DNA of 64,000 bases from Octopus sinensis. Taxonomy: Eukaryota. The position numbers and the translations under genes are program-made. The notes under the pieces were generated by a model that worked only from the letters and a program-made list of their open reading frames with translations, was not told where the DNA came from and searched no databases. Numbering within the stretch: the first letter of the stretch is position 1; each line of letters begins with the position of its first letter. Positions 25,320 through 37,279 of this stretch are shown here, one piece after another. Where the stretch lies: assembly GCF_006345805.1 (NCBI RefSeq), contig NC_043005.1, positions 49,290,001-49,354,000 of the forward strand, read 5' to 3'.

Positions 25320-25602
25320 GAGAGTAAATGTAAGGACAAGTAAGTTAACCAAGTCGATATACAAAATATATTAAATACGTTTAATACAAAAAAAAAAAAA
25401 ATGCGTACATAAGTAAACATATAAAAAAAGTTTCTGTGTAAGTCGGAATTTTTTTATATGAATACATATGTACATTTTTTTGTATTAAGTGCATTTAATA
25501 TGTTTTGTATATCGACTTGCCTCACTGGCTTGTCCTTACATTTATTCCTCTATCTGCTCAAGTTCAAATCTCTTGTTCACTACGAAATATATTCTATACA
25601 GA

Positions 25603-25635
<33 letters not shown>

Positions 25636-25721
25636 AATTTTTTGCGCAATAAGCTAAAAAAACCAAGGCTGTGTAGATATTAGAGCATTTATAGATAGAA
25701 GGTCTTACAGCTGTTTCTAGA

Positions 25722-25756
<35 letters not shown>

Positions 25757-26034
25757 TGTATGTAGTATGTATGTATGGATGGATGGATGGATGGATGCAT
25801 GCATGTATGTATGTATGTATGTATGTATGTATGTATGCATGTATGTATGTATGTATGTATGTATGCACGTATGTATGTATATATATATATATATATATAT
25901 ATAATAAGAATTTTTTGCGTAATAAGATAAAAAAACCAAGGCTGTGTAGATATTAGAGCATTTATAGATAGGTCTTACAGCTGTTTCCAGGATATTTATG
26001 AATTATATCCCTTCATCGGAGATGGTGTGAGAGG

Positions 26035-26065
<31 letters not shown>

Positions 26066-26699
26066 TGTATGTATGTATACATACATACGACCTTGACAAT
26101 AGTGTGTTTGTTCATTAGTCGCCAGCGTTCTACTGTGCTTTAATCCATATTCATATTGGTCTATTATCTTTTAACTTTTATCTTTTACTTGAAGGGCTTT
26201 CGTCGAAGTGATCGACCCGATAGTCTGTTTAATGTCTGGTACTTATTCTCTTGGTTCATTTGCCGAACCGCTGAGTCACTGGGACGTAAGCAACTGGTTG
26301 TCAAACAGTTGTGGAGGTTAAACACACACACATACGCAGACACACACTAAGAAGCATACATACATACATACATACATACATACATACACACACACACATA
26401 CATACATACACACACATACATACATACATACATACATACATACATACATACATACATACATACATACATACATACATAGGTATGCACATGCGAACGCATA
26501 CACGCGTACATGTGTATGCATGTATGTATGTATGTATGTATGTATGTATGTATGTATGTATGTATGTGGGGTGTGTGTGTGTGTATGTATGTATGTGTGT
26601 GTGCGTATGTATGTATGTATGTATGTATGTATGTATGTATGTATGTATGTATGTATGTATGTATGTATGTAGGAATGTAAAACAAAGGAATTAAAATTG

Positions 26700-27012
26700 A
26701 AACTGGCATTCCGTTCATCGGACCCCGTTGATCCGATGAACGGAACACTCTGCTCGTGAAATTCACGTGAAAGTGGCCGAAGCATTCCACAGACACATGT
26801 AGCTTTAACGTAGTTCTCAGGGAGATTCAGTGTGACAAGGCTGGCTGGCCCTTTTGAATTACATGTACAACTCATTTTTGCCAACGGAATGGACTGGAGC
26901 AACGTGAAATAAAGTGTCTTGCTCAAGGACACAACGCGTCGCCGGGAATTGAATTCACGACCTTACAATCGTGAGCCGAATACCCTAACCACGAAGCCAT
27001 GCGCTTCCACAA
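26700..27012 (-). mobile_element. tRNA-derived SINE, second family
   Basis: Reverse-complement match to the 46356-46676 copy (gtgtccttgagcaagacactttatttcacgttgctccagtcc). Confidence 0.8.
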
Positions 27013-27523
27013 CATGGATGATATAATCCAGGTGGATACTTTTTGAACACTCTGTAGTAACACAACTTGGCTAAATAGATTGACGAGTGATAATCGTTGT
27101 GAACCAGGCGATTCATACAATTATATTTCTACTCCGGTTCGACTTGTAAATATTCTTCGCAGTGACATAGCCTGTGAGGAGGCTATGCAGGTATTGATTT
27201 TCTGAATTTATGTAATACTATAGTCGATTAAATATGAACCATTTACTGTGCAGAATAGATGTATCTTTGTATCATATAACATTAGCTCGTCTAAAACGTG
27301 CATGAGCAAAATTATGGATTATAAATTATGAATTGAAAATTTCATAGTTTTTCTATTTTTTAAAAATTTCCTCTGTCAGTGAATAAAAATGGGGTTTCTT
27401 GGGACTCTAAGGGTTTTTAACACTTATTTCTAGCAACATAGGTACTATATGACACCCATAGTCAGAATTAGCAGCAACTGAATTTTTCCTTTTTTGGTTT
27501 TATTTTGTGTATAGCTGCCTTCG

Positions 27524-27570
<47 letters not shown>

Positions 27571-27581
<11 letters not shown>

Positions 27582-27955
27582 GAGCAAAACGCCCTCCGTC
27601 CAATGGACGGTGTTCAGTTGTCAAACATTTAAACCAAATTTTCTCAAAACAACTTGTCCGACCGTTCCATAGGCCTACCCTTTGAAACACTGATTTAACC
27701 TAAATTTGAGACACCGTGCATTTTTCTCGCGTACGTGTAGTATCGATCGCAACAGCTGATGTACTTGCGCGTATAAATGCACGTTCCCACGGCTTTATCG
27801 ATCGCATTCTCACCTGGAATCGATTTTTGTAATTTTTTCAAGACTTATACACGCCCTGATACCGTCGGTATCTACATATCAAATTTGAGCGCAATCGGAT
27901 GGAAGATGCCCAAGATCCTAGAAGACAGACAGACAGAACGGATTTTATGTAATAT
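27571..27955 (-). mobile_element. Helitron/Helentron-like non-autonomous element
   Basis: (GACA)n near one end, ctacatatcaaatttgagcgcaatcgg core, and a terminal hairpin ccgtcc-aat-ggacgg next to a TA array. Confidence 0.5.
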
Positions 27956-28044
27956 ATATATATATATATATATATATATCTATTATCTATATATATATAT
28001 TATATATATATATATATATAGATATATATATATATATATCTATA

Positions 28045-28089
<45 letters not shown>

Positions 28090-28314
28090 ATTATTGATTA
28101 AGATGTATTTCTGTATTTCTCTCCATTTCCTTATTTTGTATTATTAATTTGTGGTAAAACATTTTACCTTTGCCCATATAATACAGTGAATGAATTAATT
28201 GCGACGCAATTCTTAACATTTATGTATTAACTTTGTTGGGTGCTTTACTAGCAGTATATTGGATACATGTTATCCCATGGTGGGTTGCACTCACAACCCC
28301 TATCTCAATTTGTA

Positions 28315-28374
<60 letters not shown>

Positions 28375-28404
28375 TTGTATTTATGTATGCATGTAGTTTA
28401 AATT

Positions 28405-28722
28405 TACAGAAAACAAGAGATGAAGACAGGTGTAGGAACAATAACTAGGTGTGTTATTTTAACGCTTGGGAAGAATGGAAAAGTCTTTTACGTTTCGAGC
28501 CAACGTTCTTCGAGAGAAAGCATTAAGAGGAAAAACACGGAGAGAGAATGAAAAAAAAACAAAAAAAAAACGGAGAGAGAAAAAAATGTGCAGAGTTCAA
28601 CGGTCCAACATGAGGAAATAACCAGAGAAAAGATGTTGAATGAAAGGGAGATAATAACGATAACGATAACGGTGACACCCCCAACGAACCAAGGCGTGCA
28701 AGCGCATGTATGTATGTGAAAA

Positions 28723-28774
<52 letters not shown>

Positions 28775-31380
28775 ATGGGAGGGCGAATGTGTGAGTATGT
28801 ATGTGGGCGAGCTGAAAACTATGTGGGCCTGTTTGTGTTTATGAGTATTAGTAACCCAGTGTGTACATTATATGGAGCGATATGCATTCTATGTACTGGT
28901 AGGTGTGTGTGTGTGTGTATGCATATAGACGTGTGTATGTATGTGTGGGGTAATCACGTGTATGTGTGTGCAAACGCACGGGCCTGAGTGTGTATGTGTA
29001 CAAGTAACCTGATGTGTGGAGTGATGTGCGTTTTGTGTATTTGTGTGTGTGTGTGCGCATGGACGTGTGCATATGTATGAGGCTAACATATGTGCGTATG
29101 TTGTGTATAGCAGTTGGTGTGTGCTTATTCAGGCTGTGTGTGCATATGTTTAGTGTATATGTATAGTGTGCATGTGTATAGTGTGCATATGTATAGTGCA
29201 TATGCATGTGTTTATGCTTGTTGCGTTGTGGGTATATATTGTCTGTGTTCAGGTATTATGTGCATGTGTTGGTGTGTGTGCATAATGGTGTGTGATTTGT
29301 GTACTGACTTGGACAGCATGTGGTACTGCTCGTATGAGTGGTGACACTATTGAAGTGTGAGTGCAGGTGTGTGGATAATGGTGTGTGGTGTGGGTGCTGA
29401 GAAATGTTTGGTGCTTGTGTGTATCGAGTGGGATGGTTTTTGTGTGTGTGTCAGTGTGTGAAATGGTGTGTGAAGTAAATAATTAGTTGAACAGTGTGTA
29501 TAGGTGTTTGTATAGTGGTATGTATGTGGTGACGGTACCGAAGTAGGCGGTATGCAGATGTGTAGGTGGAAGGGGGTGCTATTGAATGTGGGAGGTGTGT
29601 GGGAATCCGTGTGGAGCTGGTGTCATGAAGAGAGGTAGTGGGCGCAAAGGAACGAAGAGAGAAGATTAATTCCTGTTCACAGCGGAAGTGGGAGCCCGGG
29701 TGATCCCTGTGCAGAGACAGTCCGAACATAGACAGATGTTGTAGCGAATGACCGATAGAGCGGAAGTGGGGCGAGACCGGGATGTCATTGCTGAGTCTGG
29801 TGTCTCGGAAGTGCTCCGTGAACCTGTCAGCCCTGTTTAACAAATGTACAGGGAATGACAGAGAGAGCAGGAAATGCAGTAAATAACATTGCTGGAGGTG
29901 TAGATAAAGGAGTCGGCGACGTGATAGGGAAGTGATGGGTGCCAGTGAAGATGGTGGTGTTGGAGAGGTAGGGGTAGGAGCGACAGTGTGGGTGGGAGTA
30001 AGGGGAAGAAGCCAGGATGGAAGGCAGGTGTAGGGAAGAAAATGTGGATCAGGAGGTTATGGGCTCGTTTGAAAGAGGAAAGGGGTGGGTCAGGGAAGAT
30101 GTGTGAGATGGAGGGATCGGACTGAAGTCACTGGGAGGTTCGGAGAGTGGTGCAGGGGGTAGGGTGGAGGGGTGGTAGGTGTGGGGAAACGGGAGACGGG
30201 TAAGCGTGGGGTGGGTGCAAAGAGGAAGTGCAGAGGAACGATCCACAGATCGTGCCCGAGCAAGGGCAGTGTGGATAATGGTGTGGGGATATCCACGTAG
30301 GATGAAGTGGCGAGCCATGAGTTGAGATTGGGTCTCCAAGTCATGGTCATCACTACAGAGCCGGTGTAGACGGAGGAATTGGGACTAGGGAATAGGGGAT
30401 GGAGAGCTTAGTGTGGGTAGGGTGGGAGGAGAGGTTAAGGTAGGAGTGTGAGTCAGTATGTTTGTAGTGGATGGGGGTAGTGAGAGCGGAGTGGTGTATG
30501 TTGACAAGTCGACGGAAGAGTTAGAGATAGTGCAGGAAAATTCGAGGGCAGGATGAAAGGATTGGAGAAAGGAGAGGAAGGGGTCAAGATGTTCGCGGGA
30601 GAGTGAGGTCGCGACGATCAGTCATCGATATTACGACCGTATAGCTTCGGAGTGGGACCAGTGAACTGTGAAAATATTTGGACCTCAACATAGCCAACTG
30701 TGAAAATATTTGGACCTCAACATACAGAAAACAAGAGATGAAGACAGGTGTAGGAACAATAAGCAGGTGTGTTATTTCAACGCTAGGGAAGAATGGAAAA
30801 GTCTTTTACGTTTTGAACCAACGTTCTTCGAGAGAAAGGATTAAGAGGAAAAACACGAAGAGAGAATGAAAAAAAAAAAAAACGAGAGAGAAAAAATGTG
30901 CAGGGTTCAACGGTCCAACATGACGAAATGACCGGAAAAAAGAGGCTGAATGAAAGGGCGATAATAATAATAATAATAACGATAACGGTGACTCCTCCAA
31001 CGAACTAAGGTGCGCAAGCGAGCTTGTGTGCATGGGAGAATGGTGCGTGTGAATGTGTATGTGTGAATGGTAGGGCGAGAGTGTGGATATGTATGTGTGG
31101 GTAGGCTGAAAATTGGGTGGACCTGTGTATGTGCATGTGTATAAATAACCCAGCGTGTACATTATGTGGAGTGATATGCATTCTATGTACTGGTAAGTAT
31201 GTGTGTGTATGTATGTATGTGTGTATGTATGTGTGGGGGTAATCATATGTGTGTGCAAACGTATGGGCCTGTATGTGTGAGTATGTGTAAAGTAACCTAG
31301 TGTATGCGTTGTGTGGAGTGATGTGCATTTGTATGTGTGCTGGCGTATGGACGTGTGTGTGTATGTATGTGAATATACAC
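28405..31380 (-). mobile_element. Penelope-like element: 5'-truncated RT C-terminus plus GIY-YIG endonuclease between direct terminal repeats (28405-~29100 and 30721-~31380)
   Basis: RT end CSDDHDLETQSQLMARHFILRGYP...TYHP. GIY-YIG NVIYCISCSLCHSLYI, DRFTEHFRD...PVSPHFRSIGHS...EQELIFSL. The repeats carry a degenerate hammerhead-like gaaga...ggctcgaaacgtaaaag. Confidence 0.88.
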
Positions 31381-32659
31381 ACGTAATACACAGTTTCTGT
31401 ATATCCAAAATCACTCATAAGGCATTGATTGGCTGAGAACTATTGTGGAAGACACTTGTCCAAGGTCACTCTCAGTGGAACTGAGCCCGAGATCACTTAA
31501 TTGTAAAACGAGCTATATATTTTAAATCTATTTGAGCTAGTCAGAGAAAGAAGCAAAAACTCTTACTCCTATAGTCTCCCATACAACTAAAGAAACCCTT
31601 CTAAATCAGCAATATCTGCGGTCCTTGCTGCCAGTCAGATAAAAATATAATCTTAACAATGTCTTTTGTAGTCGTTGATGTTTAATTCGAAGGTAGCCCG
31701 GATGAAGCAGGCCTATGACCAAAAACTTTCTAACTATGACCGTTTCATCTTTTTTCTTTTAGATATAGTGTATCTAGGATTAAGTTATATAACGCGTCCT
31801 TTCATTTTACATTTAAGATGGTTAAATGCAATTTAAAAGAAATTCGTTGCAATTTCTAGCGGGTTGAGTGACCAAGTAGTGAGCGGTTAAGTTGTATAGT
31901 TCTTTTTTCGGTAAGGTAAGGAAGAAACTGTGGATACCAAAGATGTTAAAAAAACTCCACATCTTCAAAGTTGGAAATCACGGTAGGAATAATGAGAGAA
32001 GCATTTACACGAAGTGCGTGTGTTTGCGTAGGTGCGTGCGTGTGTGTGCGTGTGAACAAGTGAGTTTGATAGTTTAGATGGAGCCGCATGTAATATAACC
32101 ACTTGAGCTGATTACTTTACATGCAGCGGGTGTGAACAGACAAGCTGGATATTTTGCATAAGGTGGATGTGCGCTTGATACTGGGTGTGAGCAAACAAGT
32201 TGGATACTTTACATGGTACTTTACGAGTTTCTAATCTTCAAACTTGTCTTTTCCATGACCCGAAGGGAAGTCGGACAAAAGGCAAAGGCATGACTTGTAT
32301 TACTATTGTTATCAGGAGTGTACGCCTCCAAAACTCCCGTTGAGAGTTATAGGTCAAGTAACAAACTCTTTCTTTTCTCCATTCGTTTTATAGTTGTTAT
32401 TGTAGGATTTTAAAAGTAGGACGAAAAATTAGAATCGACTGAAAAAAATTAAAGAAAATGAATATATATATATATATATATATATAAAAGGAAATGAAGA
32501 AAACGCTGACAAAATAATTTAAGTAATTTAAGTAATTTAATAAGGTGAAGTTCTTTTTACCGGTTGCGCATTTGTTATGCTTATCAAAAGAGAGATAGAG
32601 TTCCTTTCTGATAGATTTTTTCCTCTTATCTGACTTTATGTTGGGTCTGCTGTCTCTTA

Positions 32660-32990
32660 TGTGAAAAAAGAGGCTCCAGAGTTGTTTAAGATTTGCTTGG
32701 TTTCGCGCCTAAAATTTCTTGTGGACAATGTTCAATACAATTTTGATTGGTCATTATGAAGGGGTCACGTGAATGTTTGAATGGAAGTTGGTGTTGGGGT
32801 AAGAAAAAAGGCTCCAGAGAAGTTAAAATTTGGCTAGTGTCGCGCCTAAAATTTCTTATTGGTCATAATAAAGAGGTCACGTGGATGTGGTCATAATAGA
32901 GAGGTCACGTGAATGTTTAGAATTTTCGAAAATAGCGTTGTTGAAAATTCTTATTGCTCAGGCTGGTCAGTAGACGTCATGTGGATATTT
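32660..32990. promoter_or_regulatory. Candidate cis-regulatory cluster in a duplicated ~130-bp unit
   Basis: GGTCACGTG at 32763, 32875 and 32903; ATTGG (CCAAT) x2; tcgcgcc x2 (E2F-like); agacgtca. Confidence 0.3.
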
Positions 32991-33349
32991 TAAATAGCTT
33001 TTTAGCGCGTAGTTAGGGAGTGTATTTTCCGCTTGACTGAATTTGAGCTGGATAAGTAGTTCGTTTAGGACAGGAAAAGCTATATGTTGTATGTGTGCGC
33101 GCGCGCGCGCGTGTGTGTGTTTATATTATGTTGGGGAGGCGCGCGCGCGTGTATATATGTGTGCGTGTGTGGGTACAATTTTCAATATTTATAGTTCTGC
33201 TGGTCTTGTGCCTGTATCGGGAAGCAACGTGTTTGTGTGAAGTCATATTTACAGTCATTTCCAAAAATAGTGTTGGATGTTTTGCACCCGTATTTTTTAA
33301 ATTAATATATATATATCTATATATATAGGTAAACTAAATTAAATACAGA

Positions 33350-33830
33350 CATGACAAGAACATGAAACACCACAGAGTACACAAGAACCACAGGACGGAC
33401 ATTCGAAGCCCTCAGTCATCAGTCAAGAACCAGATCATCTTAGCAATTTCGGCTGATTAATCTTGATATTGTCTCCGATATGGCCAGCCCGCCAAGGGAA
33501 ATCTAAGCCAGCGCATTAGATATCCCTGGAAGAAAGCTTCGAATGTATACAACGAAAGGACAGAAAACGATCGAAGTACACAAACAAAAATACAGAATAC
33601 GTGACACCAATAAGAATACAAAAACGTAAAAACATAACGGTAAAAATAAAAAATAAACAACAAAACAAAACAGGACGTAGGACAAGGGTCTTTTCGACAG
33701 GACGATTGAGTAGGGGCTGGCTTGTGAATTGTGCCTAAGGCCACGGGAGACGAACAATCCGTGTTGCTTCTGAGGCTGCTGAAAACAAAAGAGCGCTCAA
33801 CACGGCTAGCTGTCACGTGAGAACAAAAGA
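33350..33830 (-). mobile_element. Probable retroelement terminal-repeat fragment (PLE-like)
   Basis: Pyrimidine-rich minus strand with a ctgatga...ttcgaatgtccgtc motif. No clear protein motif. Confidence 0.35.
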
Positions 33831-34147
33831 CAGGAGAAAGGACAGATGAAAAGGGAGAGAAGGTGGACGAGGGAGGAGAAGAAAGAGCAGATCGAGGGGG
33901 CTGGAGGTGAGAGAGATAGAGAAACGTAGAAAGGGGGGGGGGACGGATGGAGAGGGAAAGAACGGAAGTGGAATAATAATATATATAGATGGTGTATACG
34001 TATTGTTTTGATTATATCTTTAAACATGCACGTACACACATAAAATCTTTTTTCATAATCGTATTAATTCCATTATGCAGAAGATAGAATCGAAAAAATC
34101 TTGTAAAATTCGGAAAAATAAAAAAGTTAGTGGGGAGTTTTAGCATT

Positions 34148-34187
<40 letters not shown>

Positions 34188-34204
34188 TATATATATATAT
34201 ATAT

Positions 34205-34238
<34 letters not shown>

Positions 34239-34334
34239 ATAATATATTCATTTGAAGGCTAAAACAATGCGAAGCGCATTGTGACCAGCGATGTGTAGCA
34301 ATATCTGATAGCCTGGTCGGTCACGGTAACGGTG

Positions 34335-34366
<32 letters not shown>

Positions 34367-34515
34367 ACTCCGCCCAAACTCTTATTTAAATGCTGATTCT
34401 TTGGGACGAATCATTAAAGGCATTTAAAGTTACTCCCTTGTTCTAGGTATTCCTTTATACCGTGTTCCTGTCAAATGATATTACAGCCTTCTGAGTAGAG
34501 TCACATTAGATAGAA

Positions 34516-35762
34516 TGTCTTCAGCAGCTGAAGACACAGAAGCACTAATACAATCCATCAGGCCAACTGAAAAATAACTCTCAAAGACTGGAATATCTAC
34601 AATTTCCTGTATTTTGAATTTCTCGCAAAATAAGTTAAGAAACTTACATGCCTACAGTTTTCGAACACATATACAATCAACCTATCCTTTCCTTTCTCCC
34701 CGAGTATTCGGAAATGGAAACATCTTCTTTATTCCAAGAACACTCCAGTTTCCTCTGTTCGAAAAGACAAAAGATTATCTGCAGTAAATTTAAAAACCTT
34801 AATATCTACAATTCTCTAAAAATTTTACCTTCTCTTGCTTCCTTTCCTTTCTCCCTGAATATTCGAAAATGTAAGCATCCTTTTTATTGCAAAAATACTA
34901 CAGTCTTCTCTGAACGGATATACAAACGAACATCTAAAAAAAATTTAGAAACTTTAATAACTCCAATTTTGTGTGAACATTTTATCTTTCCTTTTTCCCG
35001 GACTACCCGAATATGTAAATATGCCTCCTATTGTAACAACACAAATGCTAAAAAAAAAACCCCAAAATTAAGGCGGTAAGCACCTGCCAATATATACATA
35101 CTGCAGAACTACAAAAAGCCTTGTGAGTGGATTTGGAAGACGGAAACTGAAAGAAGCCCGTCGTATATATGTATATATATATGTGTGTGTGTGTGTATGT
35201 TTGTGTGTCTGTGTTTGTCCCCCCAACATCGCTTGACAACCGATGCTGATGTGTTTACGTTCCTGTAACTTAGTAGTTCAGCAAAAACTGTAAGCCACAG
35301 CAAAACGTTTAAAAAAATCCAAAAGAAAATGAACTTTAGAAATTCAAAAATTCAACAAGGTGAACATCTCTTCCTTCTACTATTCCGAAAGACTGGAATA
35401 TCTACAATTTCCTGTGAATATTTTAAGTCTCCCTCAAAATAAGTTAGGAAACTTACATTCCTACAGCTTTCGAACACACAAACGATCAGTTAAAAAAATC
35501 TTTAATACCTACAACATCTATGAATACGTATCCTTTCCTTTCTCCCTGAGTATTCGAAAATGTAAACATCCCTTTCATTGTAAAAACACTACTGTATTCT
35601 CCAACTTGATAGACAAACGAACATCTCAAGAAAACTTGAAAACTTTAATATATTAAATTTTGTATGAAACGTTTCCCTAACTACCCAAATATGTAAACAT
35701 ACTTTTTATTGCAACAACACAATAGAATTCAGAAATTCAAAAATTCAACGACGTGAATATCA

Positions 35763-35828
<66 letters not shown>

Positions 35829-35850
35829 ATATATATATAATATATATATA

Positions 35851-35881
<31 letters not shown>

Positions 35882-35958
35882 CATATATATATATACTCAT
35901 ATATGTATATATGTATATATATGTATATATAATAATAATAATAAAACAATAATAATAA

Positions 35959-35989
<31 letters not shown>

Positions 35990-36960
35990 GGAACTACTAA
36001 GCCAATGTGATGGAAAATAGAACAGAGAAGAAAATAGAAAAGAGAGCAGCCCTGGTAGCAGCTGGATGTGTCTTTCGCTGCTCTGATAAGTCAGCAGCTG
36101 AAGACACATGAATTCTACTACAACTGAAAAAACAACTTTTAAAAACTGGAATATCTAAAATCTTCCGTGAGTACCTAAAATCTCATTCTAATTAGCTTTA
36201 TAAACTTGATTATCTACAATTTTCTCTGGACGAACACACAAACAAATCATCTTTAAAAACTCTAATATCTACAATTTCCTATGAATACCCAAAATTCTTC
36301 TTTTCTCTCTGACTAGCTAAATATGTAAACATCCCTTTTTTCTCTGCAAGAACACTCTTAGACGCCTCCGGTTATCCAACTTAAGCAATTTATATATATA
36401 GAAATTATATATATACGCAGACATTCTATTACAACCAAAAAACATTTTTTTGAAAACTGAAGTATCTATAATCCTCTGTGAGTATTTAAAATCTCATTCT
36501 AAATGAGTATTTAAAATCTCATTCTAAATAACTTTAAAAACTTGACTATCTACAGTATTCTCTGGACGGACACACAAACGATCATCTTTAAAAACATTAA
36601 TATCTACAATATTATGTGAAAAGTAAAACTTTCCGTGAACACACAAATGATCATCTTTAAGAACTTTAATATCTACACTGTACTGTGAATAGCCAAATAT
36701 GTAAAATATTTCTCTGCAAGAACACTCTTAAACGCCTCTGGCTATCTTTACTTAAACAATTTACAGCTTAAAAACTTGATTATATTCAGTTTTCTCTGGA
36801 CGAACAAACAAATGATCATCTTTAAAAACTTTAATATCTACAATCTTATGGAAAAAAAATTTTAAATTGCTAAACACACACAAACGATCATCTTTAATAT
36901 ATACATTGTACTGTGCCAAATATGAAAACCCCCCCAGAAATTTCTACAAGAACACTCTTA
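34516..36960. repeat. Complex patchwork minisatellite-like repeat region
   Basis: Recurrent aatatctaca, gaacacacaaacgatcatctttaa and ctctgcaagaacactctta modules. Two diverged ~400-bp blocks (34570-35080, 35380-35750). Confidence 0.75.
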
Positions 36961-37279
36961 AACGCCGCCGGATAACTAATTTAAGCAATTTATATATATA
37001 GAAATTATATATATGTGAGTGTGAGTGTGTGTATTTTATTTCTGTCTTTCTATCGGTAATTAAAACGCACAAGGTGAGTTGGTAGTAAACACATATTTGA
37101 CCTCTGCTGACCGCTCTTTTGCTGGACCACATGGGTACAATCACTCTTTCACCCCTCGCCTACTCCTATTGAGTCTATTTATAGACTAACGATATCTAAC
37201 TGTATGACTGCCATCCTGCCTATCTACTGCCAACCTACCCTCTCCTTCCTCTAAATAATAATAATAATACACTATTGCC

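Noticed and set aside
30664-30724. 29-bp tandem duplication at the PLE 5' junction as a TSD
   Set aside because: The two copies are adjacent rather than flanking an element; it is more likely a slippage or junction duplication.
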